From assembly GCF_006345805.1 (NCBI RefSeq), contig NW_021836438.1, forward strand, positions 1 to 24,468: a stretch of 24,468 bases of DNA, in the 5' to 3' direction. The first letter of the stretch is position 1, and each line of letters begins with the position of its first letter. The notes under the pieces were generated by a model. That model saw nothing but the letters and a program-made list of their open reading frames with translations, was not told the origin of the DNA and ran no database searches. Of the stretch, positions 10,151 through 22,698 are shown in pieces. The DNA comes from Octopus sinensis (lineage: Eukaryota). The position numbers and the translations under genes are program-made.

Positions 10151-10369
10151 ACTTATATATACTTGTATGACATTCCTGAATTTCCTATGTGAGATCCTTA
10201 TGTGAATAGGTGCACACACTTGGGCGTATGCAACGACAGTTCAACCAATGTACCAACTCAACCACATATTTACAAACACCAAGAAATCTATACTCAAAAG
10301 CCTTCTCACTTTGTTAGAGACCGGTTTGAATTCTCTCAAGAAGAGCTTAAATAAGACTCAAAGGAACAA

Positions 10370-10505
10370 CATACATACATACACACTTACACACATGCAT
10401 ACATACATACACACATACACACATACGCACATAATACATCCATCCATACATACATGCATGAATGCATACATACGTACGTACCTACGTACGTACATACATA
10501 CATAG
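10370..10505. repeat. (TACA)n/(TACG)n degenerate microsatellite
   Basis: Read directly from the sequence. Confidence 0.9.
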
Positions 10506-10962
10506 TATGGGGAACACAAAGGTTCGGATTTTAAAGGCAGAACAAATAGAATGCTGGGACGTATATATGCTTTTAAAATTGCTAGTTGGTTTGCATGAAT
10601 CCAGCTGGTAAATGTCACAAAATGGGAATGGGTAAATGGTCAACTATCTCCTTGCCGGCAGCTTAGAATCTGTTCTATGGAACTTTATACATTAACTGTA
10701 TTTATCGAGGTTAAAACACGTCAAAGATTTTATCAGTGGCGTTTTAAGCTTTTCAAGTTTTGAAATGAGTTAAAAGAAAATCTAGTTGCTCTGAAATTTC
10801 ATGACCACAGTAAAAGCTGGAAAAAAAAATGCACAACAAAATACTGTTCTTATTGACATAGTCTAATTGTGTTGTTGTTGCGCATTTTTGTAATGTTCTG
10901 ATGTTGTTGTGTTTTGATTTTTATATTGCAACGTTAGATTTTTTTTTCCATTTTTTTATCAG

Positions 10963-11016
10963 GTGAAGAAATTGTTAAAAGAAATACATTCTCCTCGGGC
11001 AAACACAATATTGGCT
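10963..11016 (+). other. Candidate 54-nt internal exon
   Basis: Strong polypyrimidine acceptor ttttttttccatttttttatcag| and donor |gtatgt; length divisible by 3; phase-1 reading EEIVKRNTFSSGKHNIG. No homology evidence. Confidence 0.3.
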
Positions 11017-12129
11017 GTATGTTTATAGTTTGATATGGAATTTGTAAAACGGACATAAACGAAAGCTACTTATACTCATGACAAATACAATCCTCAGAGA
11101 TAAAAACCAATTATCCTAATTCAGATATTTTGAAACCCTAAGGATATTTGTGCTAAAGGGAATCACAGAAGACTTAATACCAAATCAGGCAAATGGAATC
11201 TACTTGACTTTAATGAAAAAAAAAAAAAAAAAGGAAACTGCTTTTTGCTTATCATAGCAGAAATTAAAATGTTCAGAATCTTATTTTCCCTATTGAACAA
11301 AATTATTTAAAACTAATTTAAAAATACATTTGCAGGGTATGTAAAATGTTTATTTATTTAATTTGTGTTGAGTTGGGAGTTTGGAGGTATTGAAGAGGAT
11401 AACTTTTGAGTTAACTTTCTTAATCATTGTGCATTACGTTTTTTTTATCGTTATCATTATAAATATCCTATTTAATAGTATAAATACAGATCAGGATATA
11501 AGTGAGGCCTTTAACCAATTTGAACTACTTTAAAACTTTAAATGGAATTTTAGCAACAGTTGACGTTTTACTAAAATATCAGATATTCTTTTCTGTGTTT
11601 ACTAACCGTACAAGAGTGTAGCTTTAATTAAACTGCCTACGAGGTTTTCAGTGAATTTTTTTCTAAATATATTATTGATTGTCTTTTCTTTCTCTTTTAA
11701 TGTATTTTAATTTTATTTGGTTAAACGTATCACTTGAAATCCAATAAGGTTTCCAGATCATAACAAAAATTGTACATTGCTTTAGATATTGATTTGTAAT
11801 TATAAAGCAACTTTTCTATGGAGGCTATGTTGGATGTTTTATAAGTGTTAGAGTGATAGTACTAGGAATTTTCTTTTAAATAATACAGCTATTATCCCAC
11901 AATGAAATCAATTCATATAATACGATGCACAAATAAATTCCTTTTTTGTATATATCAATGACGACTGAAATCACAGCAAACACGTTGAATTCATATAAAA
12001 ATCCACTGTGTGGATGAAAAACAAAATCTTTGCCAATGGAGATTGAATTAAAAGGGAATTGTATAAAACTGAATATTGCTTGTTATTTAATTTCTCATGC
12101 ACTCTTGTAACTTCTAAATAATGTTTCCT

Positions 12130-12700
12130 AGTGTAGGCACAAAACCACAAATTTGGGAGATATAATAAATACAATAGACACCCGTACTTCATTGGTATTT
12201 TATCGAAACTGTAACGATCAATGACGATGATGACTAGGTAAAATTTGAAATAAGAAAAATGTGCAACTATTACAGCAAAGCAGTTTATATGTCTGATTTC
12301 TAATTATCAACTGTCATAGTAATTACAAAATAATAGCTTGTAATATTTGTGCCTTCAAAATAACTATTTTTGATATTATTACAAGAGTACCAATTTTGTA
12401 GGGAAGAGTATGGTCGATTATATCGACTTCAAAACTTAAATAATATATATTTCAAGCCATGGAACATTGATGGCAGAAACCAGCCAAGAAAAAATTGAAT
12501 CAAGAATATATAGGGACATAAGACAGACGAGAAATGTTTTGACACTACCAGTCTACCACATTATAGTCTTCAAAATAACGATTTGTAACAATGGTACAAA
12601 GCCACAAATTTCCAGAGTGGGTATAAATGATATGAAAACCAATTGACGGCGCTGGTAATGACTGCATTAATGCTAGAAGAATCGAAAGAATAACGTTAAA
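12130..12700 (-). mobile_element. Cluster of about 3 highly decayed SINE relics (MetaSINE-like)
   Basis: Recurring plus-strand motifs ggcacaaaaccacaaattt (about 12135), ggtcgattatatcgac (about 12412) and ggtacaaagccacaaattt (about 12593) resemble the reverse complement of a common octopus SINE recalled from memory. Confidence 0.45.
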
Positions 12701-12863
12701 CGAATGAGATTTGGTCTCAGTAAAGCAAAGTTTTATTGTCTAGTTCATAGAAGTAGGGCTCGACGCTATGAAAAGACGGGTCATGGAAATAGCAGCAGAG
12801 ATAACAATGAAAATAAAGTTCTTACTAATAAGAGTAATCTTATAACACAGGAAAGGAGCAGAG

Positions 12864-14177
12864 TGCCCGATTGCCAAGAAAGGGAGCCGCGAAGACCCGC
12901 TTAACTACCGACCAGTTTCCCTTACTTCAATAATCAGCAAGATGTTCGAAACCATCCTCAAGAAAAGTATGTTGCTCCACCTCCAAAACACAGCCTCTAT
13001 CTCTGATTCCCAACACGGCTTCGTGCCGAAGAGATCATGCTTGACCAACTTACTGGTAATGGAAGAATTGGTGACACGTATTCTGGATGATGGTGATGCT
13101 GTTGACATCGTTTTATTGGACTTTGCCAAAGCTTTTGACTCGGTTAACCACCGCCTATTACTTGTCAAGCTTCAAGCATACAGTTTCCATCCGGATATTG
13201 TACGATGGGTTGGTGCTTTCCTCTCAGATTGCTCCTTCCAAGTCCAAGTTAATGGTTCGCTGTCCGACGTCTCCAGTGCGAGCAGTGGCGTGCCTCAAGG
13301 TTCAGTGCTTGGGCCCTTATTGTTTTTAGTCTTCATAAATGACTTGCCCGACGACCTCACGCAACACACCCTTCTATTTGCCGATGATGTCAAACTGGTC
13401 GCTCCTCGCAGTGATATCGTCGATCTTCGTCGATGCCTCCACCAAGTTTGGAGATGTTCTAACGAATGGGACCTGTGTCTGAACGTGTCAAAGTGCTGTC
13501 ATCTGCCTGTTGGCTCCTCTCCTGCAACTCAACTTGATTTCGAGCCGGGTCGTCTGCTGCAGGAGAGGACCGACCAGGTAAAAGACCTGGGTATCTTGGT
13601 GAATTCTTCCTTTTCGCCTTCGGCCCAATGCGTCCATGCTTCCAACAAAGCACACGGAGTTCTGTTTTTGATTCGACGGTCATTCGGAATGCTCACAGCA
13701 GCCATATTCCTACCGCTCTATGTCACGCTAGTGAGACCCATATTGGAGTACGGGATTCAAGCCTCTTCTCCTTATCTCCTCAAAGACATACATCATCTCG
13801 AAAGAATCCAAAAGCTGGCTACCCGCATGGTTCTTGATCTCAAGCATTTGTCTTATGAAGAAAGGCTGAAGACGCTCGACCTTTATTCTCTAGAAAAACG
13901 ACGACGCCGTGCTGATCTCATTCTCGCTCACAACATCATAAGCGGAAAGTGTAACCTCTCGAAAGAGCTGTTCTTCACTCCTACTCCAGAGCGTCGGCTG
14001 CGGGGTCACTCCAAAAAGCTCTATCTGCGACGATTTCATCGCAATCGAAGAAGAGGGGCTTTCTCCGTCCGGGTTGCGGATCCGTGGAATAAGCTGCCGG
14101 ACGAGATAGTGAAGATGCCACCGACCGCTCGGTTCAAAGACTCTCTTGACCAGAAATGGCCTGGACTCTTTGCATGA
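12864..14177 (+). CDS. Non-LTR reverse transcriptase (ORF2 fragment, no endonuclease domain)
   Basis: Motifs NYRPVSLTS, QHGF..RSCLTNL, LDFAKAFDSV, SGVPQGSVLGPLLF, LFADD, KDLG, RPILEY and RGHSKKL. No stops or frameshifts; the ATG at 12942 is internal. Confidence 0.85.
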   Translation, partial: CPIAKKGSREDPLNYRPVSLTSIISKMFETILKKSMLLHLQNTASISDSQHGFVPKRSCLTNLLVMEELVTRILDDGDAVDIVLLDFAKAFDSVNHRLLLVKLQAYSFHPDIVRWVGAFLSDCSFQVQVNGSLSDVSSASSGVPQGSVLGPLLFLVFINDLPDDLTQHTLLFADDVKLVAPRSDIVDLRRCLHQVWRCSNEWDLCLNVSKCCHLPVGSSPATQLDFEPGRLLQERTDQVKDLGILVNSSFSPSAQCVHASNKAHGVLFLIRRSFGMLTAAIFLPLYVTLVRPILEYGIQASSPYLLKDIHHLERIQKLATRMVLDLKHLSYEERLKTLDLYSLEKRRRRADLILAHNIISGKCNLSKELFFTPTPERRLRGHSKKLYLRRFHRNRRRGAFSVRVADPWNKLPDEIVKMPPTARFKDSLDQKWPGLFA

Positions 14178-14250
14178 ACACCCTCCCTGTACATAACTCC
14201 ATGTCCCCCTACATGGTCTTGCCTTTGCTTTTTGAGCCAAAAAAACTTAC
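12864..14250 (+). mobile_element. 5'-truncated CR1-group LINE (RT domain, C-terminus and 3' UTR)
   Basis: Frame begins CPIAKKGSREDPLNYRPVSLTS and runs to the stop at 14177. 3' UTR hairpin ccatgt-ccccct-acatgg at 14199-14216 and a short acttactt tail. Clearly higher GC than the flanks. Confidence 0.9.
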
Positions 14251-14254
14251 TTGA

Positions 14255-14750
14255 TGAGAGACATATAGATGATCTAAAAGAAGACAATAAGACTAATGGC
14301 GACATGACAGATGACCAAAAGACAATCTACAACAGAATAAAGATAAGACTACAGGAGAACGATAGCGACATTATTTGCAACCTTAAAAAGGTTGATAGAT
14401 GGAAATTGAACCAAGAAACGAAAAATGTCAATGAAATTCTGAAATACATCAGAACAAACAAGACCACTGAAACAATTTGATCAAGGCAGTAAGAATTGTT
14501 GTGACAGAAAATGTGGGCGTTGATGTCAAGAAAAAGAAACATAGAAGGAGTGACAAAAAAAAAAAAGATCCATGGTGGTAAAGAAGAATCCAGGCAGGGT
14601 AAGACATGCTCTCGAAGGAAATTTGTGTGTTTGACAGAAAAGAGAAAGGGGAGCTAAAAAGTGAACGAAAATACGGGGCGCTGAAAAGGAAGTATAATAT
14701 TGAAAGAAAGGGCTTGAAAGTAGTAGTGGAGGAACTGAAACACAAATAGG
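14255..14750 (+). pseudogene. Decayed N-terminal ORF region of an R4/Dong-type retrotransposon
   Basis: LKKVDRWKLNQETKNVNEILKYIRT..TET../LIKAVRIVVTENVG...DPWW*RRIQ resembles the pre-RT region of R4/Dong ORFs. 12700-12863 is probably the left part of the same relic. Confidence 0.6.
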
Positions 14751-14767
14751 TGAATTTACATAAAAAT

Positions 14768-14805
<38 letters not shown>

Positions 14806-14951
14806 TTAAAATAATAAGGGTGAAAAATTGAATATTAATTTGATTAATATCAATTTAAATCCAGTGGTCTGGCGTATTGAAAAATCTGAAGTTTCAGAAA
14901 AATTCATATTACATACATATGAATGGGATGGCCACTTACAGGTCATCCCTT

Positions 14952-15062
<111 letters not shown>

Positions 15063-15135
15063 GTGTGTATGGGTGTGTGTCTGTAAAATTGAATAAAATA
15101 TAGTCAACAAGGAGTACGGTTAGACAGCTATTTAA

Positions 15136-15245
15136 TAAAACCACACGTGTTTCGATACAACATAGATCCACATATACACAGGATTTAAATTAAGGAACGG
15201 TTTACCTGTATAATGGGATCCAGTTATATCTCTTCAGTTGATATA
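15136..15245 (-). ncRNA. Hammerhead-like motif with very long stem II, probably inactivated
   Basis: Minus: CTGAAGA-gatataactggatcccattatacagg-loop-cctgtgtatatgtggatctatgttgtatc-GAAAC-acgt-GTG. Palindromic ACACGTGT stem III; the cleavage triplet is GUG and stem I is poor. Confidence 0.6.
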
Positions 15246-16555
15246 TAATTGCTGCTCCGTTAGTACCCCTTGACTTGGAAGTATACCGTAATACTACCGA
15301 CTGTTTGGTAATTCTAAGTGTGAACGAGCTCTATTTTGTATGTATGTATGTGTGTATGGGTAGGCAGTTCGAAACGCAAACAAGCACGTTAAATAGGTTT
15401 GGTTAACTTTCAGGGTATTATTCGAACTAATTCCACAGTACGAAAACTGCTGAGATATTCTTCATTATCCTTTTATTCCTTCATGCCTCTCTTCATAACT
15501 TCATAATTTATAGCCTGGCTACTTGAAATGAATATATTTCTTTTTACAAAATATATGTTCGATATGCTTACGTTTAAAACTTATTTAATACTAGGTATTG
15601 CTTTTGAACACAGAAGTAAAGACCAAATATAATTTGTTACAGCCAAAGGGCGAATAAAGGATTTGAATTCTTCAACATTTCATATTGTTTTCTCTTTCTC
15701 CCTTGTAAACCTTAGGGAAATCTTGACTGTGTCATTCTTACTAAAACATGTGTATGAATGATTTTTCTACTCTATGGGTTGGGCTAGAAAAGAACACAAG
15801 CAACTGATATTTGAATACGTAAATTTGTATAAATACACATTTAAACACAAATACATATATACATACATAATATATACATATATATATATTTATGTGCACG
15901 CACGCACACACACATGCACACACATATATATACACACATATATGTAGAACAAAATATACAGAATAAAATATTTAAAAAATGTATCTTCTTAACTCAACAG
16001 CTGTTTCAGAAAGCTCAGACATAAGTAATAACCAAAATAATCATAATTTGTAGATGAAATGTGCAGAAAGTCATGGATATATTACCGCTAACCTGAAACC
16101 CGACTGTCTTCATAAAGAGAATTGTGACAAATACGGAGAAGTGTGACATTTTGCAGTGCAAGCACAAATATACGATTAAAGGATGAAAGGATTCAAAACC
16201 AGATCAAGCGTCAGGGAAAGAGGTAAAATAAGTTTAGAAGCTGAGGTATTTAGGTCGAAAATTTACGGTAGTGCAATTATAGAATGTATACGCATTGAAT
16301 CAAAAGATGGTGTAAATTCCAATCTTTAAGGGGGAATTTGTTACAGTAGTAATATATAATGAAAATCTCAGTATTTGTCATTAAATTACTCCAGATTTTA
16401 TATTTTTTAATATGACTTTTCACAGTTATGCATAAATTGCATTTCTTTTTACACACAATAAGTTGTCTGCTTCGCTACAGAAAGTTCTGGATAATATGAA
16501 AATCAGCATTATTTTGATTTAAAAGCATGGTGTATTTTTCTGTTCTTATTTTCAG

Positions 16556-16611
16556 TATGTCCACCGTGGAAGAACTGTTGTACATTAGATTCCATACGAT
16601 CATCACAATGA
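16556..16611 (+). other. Candidate terminal coding exon (CPPWKNCCTLDSIRSSQ*)
   Basis: Strong acceptor tttttctgttcttattttcag|; the phase-1 frame gives a short Cys-containing peptide. No homology evidence. Confidence 0.25.
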
Positions 16612-16929
16612 AATAACTTTGTCTAACGGCAACGAATCCAAGTCCACAGGAAGTATATGTGTGTGTATGTATGTATTTTTATACGCCATCTACCCCCAAC
16701 TATCTTCCTAATGAACATAGATGAGTGTATTTTAGTATGTATGTAAATATATTTGTGTATATATAAATAAACATATATATATATATACATATACATTACT
16801 ATATATATATAAATATATATAGACATGCATGTTTAAACATAGATATCACATGCAAACGTATATATGTACGTATTTTTATGCATACTATATATAAAGAGAC
16901 ACAATACAAGTATATAAATATATATATAT

Positions 16930-16984
<55 letters not shown>

Positions 16985-17339
16985 TTATCAAGTGCATGAC
17001 AGCTTAAATTTCAAGGCGCCTATAAAGAACGAAGTGTGTATCAATTTAGTCGGCTGAACACAGAATATCAATTACTTATTGGCAACTGGGAATTGGCGCC
17101 TTGTATCGTTAAAATTGATGAGAAAGAAACGTACATAATCGCTGTAGCTTCGACACACACCCACGCGTACAGAAGCACATGCCCATACCCACTATCACGT
17201 GAGTATGCCAAATATACTTAACCAATAATTAGTACGAATAACTTCATATGCATATACGTGATCACATGAACACCACTACACGCATATGCATATATATGAA
17301 TATGTATTCATACATATACACACGCACACGCACACACAC

Positions 17340-17504
17340 ACAAACACTATATATATATATATATATATATATACCTAAAAGATATAGATATATATATATA
17401 CATATATATACATACATATATATATACTATATATACAAATATAGATACATATATATATATATATAATATATATACATATATATATATATATAATATATAT
17501 ATAT

Positions 17505-17537
<33 letters not shown>

Positions 17538-17835
17538 CTAATATATATCTATATATATAACATATGATATATTATAGAGAGAGAGAATATCTATCTATGT
17601 GTCTAGCTATAAATACATACATACATACACACATATATATATATGTATATAATATATATATAATTATATATAATATAGATATATATATATACATATATAT
17701 ATATACATATATACATACATATAATATACTATATGTACAATATAGATACATATAGTTATATATATATAATATATATACATATATATATATATATAATATA
17801 ATATATTATATACTATATATATACATAATATATAC

Positions 17836-17873
<38 letters not shown>

Positions 17874-18060
17874 TATATATTATAATATTACATATATTAG
17901 TATATAGAGAGAGAGAATATTCTATCTATGTATCTAGCTATAAATACATACATACATACACACATATATATATATGTATATATATAATATATAATATATA
18001 TATGTATATATATATAATTATATATATATATATATAGATTATATATATATATATATATAT
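17340..18060. repeat. (TA)n-rich block with internal duplication of about 330-bp period
   Basis: tatagagagagagaatat(t)ctatctatgt(g/a)tctagctataaatacatacatacatacacac occurs at about 17574 and about 17904. Confidence 0.85.
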
Positions 18061-18659
18061 CGTAGAGTTGTTCATTACATATGCCTCTATTACCCACGTA
18101 AGTATACATTCTCGTCTTCTCGTCTTTCTAGTCCTGATAAACATTTGCTTCTATGAAAAATATAAAATATATAAACGACTATACCGTTTTTGTCTTTAGG
18201 TGTTTTCAAATCTTATAGAGGAGCACGTTGCACTTATCTTTTAACTCTACTGGGTATAAATCAAATAGCTATAAATGAAGAAAAATAATGCAGAATAGAG
18301 CCTAATTCAGAAAAAACGGCAAGTTGTAGAAATATGTTCTAGTCAACCTGCTTTTTAACACATGTTCATATCTATATATTCACGCACGCATGCACCACGA
18401 CGCTCACATATACATATGGACTCACAAACAAATAGAGACACATATAGATACATACACACACATACACACACCAAACACACACACACACACACACAAGAAA
18501 CGTAAATCTGAAATGTTCGGCAAAATGGTGAAACGAAACTTTAGAAAGCTGAAGGAAACGATTAATGTAAAAATATCAAGATTCCCCCAAAGTTATACAC
18601 CTCATTATACACACATACACGCACCAACACCCACATGCATGCCAGCACACGCATATGTA

Positions 18660-18689
18660 TGTATATGTGTGTGTGTGTGCGCGCATATA

Positions 18690-18732
<43 letters not shown>

Positions 18733-18756
18733 CTATATATATATATGCCATCTATA

Positions 18757-18817
<61 letters not shown>

Positions 18818-18819
18818 TC

Positions 18820-18858
<39 letters not shown>

Positions 18859-18870
18859 TTTTATATATAT
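18660..18870. repeat. (TG)n/(TA)n microsatellite
   Basis: Read directly from the sequence. Confidence 0.95.
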
Positions 18871-19194
18871 TTGCTGATAACAGTTATGCATTTTGTATTG
18901 GAGTTAGTATACACACACAGACACACACACATATACAATTATATGCATGTATTTAGAAATACGCATATAGATGTGTGTATGTGTATAAATGCATATATGA
19001 ATGCTTGTATGTATGTATGAATGAACATGTGTAACGTGAGCGTGTATGAATGTCTATTTAGAAATGTAGGCAAAATTACAAAACACATGAAGTAGATTCT
19101 ACATATTTTATTAGGTGTCAAAAATTCTTGAAGTAGGATTCCTAGTTTTGGCACAATGAAAGTCAAAGTAAGAAATCAAAAAAATTTTCAGCTT

Positions 19195-19224
19195 TTGTTG
19201 TTGTTGTGGTTGTTGTTGTTGTTG

Positions 19225-19268
<44 letters not shown>

Positions 19269-19402
19269 GGTGGTTATTGGTGGTGGTGGTGGTGGTGGTG
19301 GTGATGATGATGATAACAATAATAATAATGATAAGAGAAGTAGAAGAAAAAGAAGTAGTAGTAGTAATAGTAGTAGTAGTAGTAGTAGTACTAGTAGTAG
19401 TC

Positions 19403-19444
<42 letters not shown>

Positions 19445-19490
19445 GTAGTAGTAGTAGTAGTAGTAGGAGGAGGAGGAGGAGGAGGAGGAG
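19195..19490. repeat. Compound trinucleotide array (TTG)(ATG)(GTG)(ATA)(AAG)(TAG)(GAG)
   Basis: Read directly from the sequence. Confidence 0.95.
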
Positions 19491-19629
19491 GTTCTTGAAA
19501 TTTGAGGAGACTTGATGTCACCAAACCTCAAGATAAAATACCTGTATATTTAGCTCTTGAAAGACAACTGAAAACTTGTGGATACATAAGGTTGCAGGTA
19601 CTAACCTGCTACGCACATAAATTCTACCA

Positions 19630-21830
19630 GGAATAAGATAGAACCTGTGCCAAAACAAAAATGGAAGATGTAGTTGCATGGGTGTCAAAATTGCCAAAGT
19701 GGAAAGCGGCAGGAGCAGATGGAATTCAAGGCTACTGGCTCAAGTGGTTTAGGTCAACACACAATCCAAGTGAGTTGCAATTAGACAATTGCCTACAGTG
19801 TGGTGCAGTTCCGGAGTGGATTGTAGAGGGAAAGACAATATTGTTGATGGAAGATTAGTCAAAGGGCAATGAGGCTGGCAATTACCGACCCATTGCTTGT
19901 CTTAACCTCCTTTGGAAAGTATTAACAGGTACCCTCACAGGGAAAATATATACGTTCCTTGCGGAAAACAATCTAACCCCAGAAGAGCAAAAGGGATGCC
20001 GAAATGGATCCAAGGGTACCAAGGACCACCTTATGATAGACAAGGTTGTAATGGAGATCTGTAAACGGTACCAATATACTTGTGCATGGCTTGGATAGAC
20101 TTTAGAAAGGCTTACGACATATTGCCGCATTCGTGGATTTTGGAAACACTCGACATGTGTGGAATAGCTGACAACGTGAGTGCACTCATTAAGAACAGTA
20201 TGCCTAGCTGAAAAATACGTCTTTCCTGTAAAAACCAGCACTTTGCCGAGGTAACAATCAAAAGAAGTATCTTTAAGGAAGACTCTTGTTCACCTTTATT
20301 ATTTGTTATAACGCGTGCTATGAGCTCAGAAAGAATGAACTCGTCTCAACCTCCTTCTCTTCATGGATGATTTAAAACAGAGCCTGAAATGGAGAGATTG
20401 GTTGAGACGGTGCAGCAAGGAAACGGGGATGGAATTCATCATCTCAAAGTGTAGTGCTCACTTTGAAACGGGAGAAAAGAGCAGATTGTAGGAGTACAGA
20501 ATTGCCAAACAGAGAAAGAATGGAAAACACAGATGATGATGGGTACAAGTTCCTTGGGATCCTAGAGCTGGACAATATCTTGCACAGATAAATGAAAGAC
20601 AAGATCATCACTGCATATTTGAAGCGCCTCACACTTCTCTTGAAATCAAAACTTAACTCAAGGAACCTTGTGACTGCCATCAACATATGGGCTGTTGCTG
20701 TAGTCCGCTATAGTGCAATGGTCACAAGCGGAGATTAACCAACTCGATCGCACTACTCGAAGGACAATAACAATGTATGGTGTCCTCCATCCTAAGGCAA
20801 ATGAAGAGAGGTAAAAATGGATGTGGGCTGATCAGCGCGCGAGAGTGCATCAACAGTGAAAGAAGAAACATCGCAGAATATTTGCTGAATAGCAAACAAG
20901 ACCGCCTACAATATGCTGCTAATGCAGAAAGATTCACCAAAATTGGACTTGAGAGTGCTCGTGAATTCCGATCACGAATAGCCAACGAGAGAGGAGACCC
21001 TACTCCGCATGAAATTACATGATCAGTTCCACCGTGAAACTAACAACTTAAAAGCCCAGGAAATATCGTGGAGGTCGCTCAGCAAGAGTGACCTAAAGAA
21101 GAACACTGAAAGCCTAATCATCGCTGCCCAGAATCAGGCATTGAATACTAACTCAGTGAAATGGGATATATACCATACAAGTGCAACGAACCTCTGCAGA
21201 ATGTATGAGAAGAGGGTCGAAAGCGTGACTCACATTGTTAGTGCTTGTGAAAGTCTTGGGCAGAAAGAGTAGAAACGTAGAGACGACAAGGTAACCCCAA
21301 AATTCTCTGGCTACTATATCAGAAGTATGAATACGAGGTAACAGCTGCTTGGTACCAACATACACCGGAAAAGGTAAGGGACGAAAAAGGGAGGGCAACA
21401 ATCCTCTGGGTCTTTGACTTCCAGACGGACAAAGTGTTAGAGCACTTAAGGCTGGATATAGTAACATTTAGGAGGGATAAACAAGAGTGCCTAATAATCG
21501 ACGTGACAGTGCGAGATCAGCATATTAACATGAAAGAAAAAAGGAGACCTGAGAATTGAGATCGCTAAGGTGTGGCATCTACCAGAGTCAAGCATAAAGG
21601 TTGTCCCTATTGTCATCGGAGTATTGGGTTCAATACCATCCAACCTGAAAAAAACATCTGGAAACACAACATCCTAGGCGTACTGCAAGAACTGGCATTA
21701 CTTGGAACTGCACACATATTGCGTAAAGCACTGTCTGCCTAAGGTCATTCTTATGATTTGACAATCTCCCGCTAGACACAATATCTTCAATCAACAACAT
21801 GACGATATTGGATACTGAGCGGCGTCTTAA
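19630..21830 (+). mobile_element. Decayed R4/Dong-clade RLE non-LTR retrotransposon (RT, CCHC, restriction-like endonuclease, 3' UTR)
   Basis: Across frames: LPKWKAAGADGIQGYWLK, NYRPIACLNLLWK, QKGCRNGSKGTKDHLMID, AWIDFRKAYD, LFMDDLK, YKFLGILE, ESLIIAAQNQAL, CRM...ESVTHIVSAC, ILWVFDFQTDK..RLDIV, VVPIVIGVLG, ALLGTAHILRK. Several stops and frameshifts; ends in (TAA)n. Confidence 0.9.
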
Positions 21831-22005
21831 ATAATAATAATAATGATAATGAATAATAATAATAATAAGAATAAGAAGAAGAAGAAGAAGAAAAGAAGAA
21901 GACTAAGAAATAAGAAGAAGAAAGAAGAAGAGAAGAAGAAAGAAGAAGAAGAAGAAGAAAAAGAAGAGGAGGAAAAAGAAGAAGAACAACAACAACAACA
22001 GCAAT
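21831..22005. repeat. (TAA)n/(GAA)n/(CAA)n compound microsatellite
   Basis: Read directly from the sequence. Confidence 0.95.
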
Positions 22006-22266
22006 ACTAATGTGATTTGTATGATTTGTGTGATTTGTGCAATTTGTATGATGCCATTCGGACAGATATTACGGAAAGTGACCTAGGGGTACACCTTGAA
22101 AAACCGGATAAAAATTTAATCTACCTTTATATATGAACGACAATGATCTGTGTGAAGAGAGAACGTAAAATGAATGGTCGGATTTCAACGGTTATTCAGT
22201 AAGGATATTGGGATGGTGTTTGGGATGAAAACGTGAAATATGCTTATCATAAAAAAAAGGCAAATA

Positions 22267-22698
22267 GGCGCAGGAGTGGCTGTGTGGTAAGTAGCTTGCT
22301 AACCAACCACATTGTTCCGGGTTCAGTCCCACTGCGTGGCATCTTGGGCAAGTGTCTTCTGCTATAGCCCCAGGCCGACCAATGCCTTGTGAGTGGATTT
22401 GGTAGACAGAAACTGAAAGAAGCCTGTCGTATATATGTATATATATATATGTGTGTGTGTGTGTATGTGTGTGAGTGTTTGTGTATGTGTGTTTGTCCCT
22501 CTAGCATTGCTTGACAACCGATGCTGGTGAGTTTATGTCCCTGTCACTTAGCGGTTCGGCAAAAAGAGACCGATAGAATAAGTACTGGGCTTACAAAGAA
22601 TAAGTCCCGGGGTCGATTTGCTCGACTAAAGGCGGTGCTCCAGCATGGCCGCAGTGAAATGACTGAATCAAGTAAAAAGAGTAAAGAGTAAGAGAGTA
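22267..22698 (+). mobile_element. Full-length tRNA-derived SINE with internal (TA)/(TG) microsatellite (octopus-type)
   Basis: A-box tggctgtgtggtaag, B-box ggttcagtccc, CORE-like catcttgggcaagtgtctt, internal microsatellite at 22430-22492, tail gctccagcatggccgcag..gactgaatcaagtaaa followed by (agagtaa)n. Confidence 0.9.

Noticed and set aside
10310-10350. gaccggttt (AAAC-cg-GTC on minus) as a hammerhead
   Set aside because: G12 and a CUGANGA-type core with stem II could not be identified.
12855-14262. Target-site duplication around the CR1 fragment
   Set aside because: The flanks gagcagag and gatgagag are too dissimilar to call.
12905-14305. Antisense and alternative-frame ORFs over the LINE
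   Set aside because: Shadow frames of the GC-rich RT coding sequence.
18175-18215. TTGAAAA...AAAACGGTA on minus resembling the 9401 motif
   Set aside because: Stem II does not pair and GAAA is broken.
19111-19524. Homopolymer ORFs including a signal-peptide-like poly-Leu
   Set aside because: Fully explained by the trinucleotide array; no splice or homology support.
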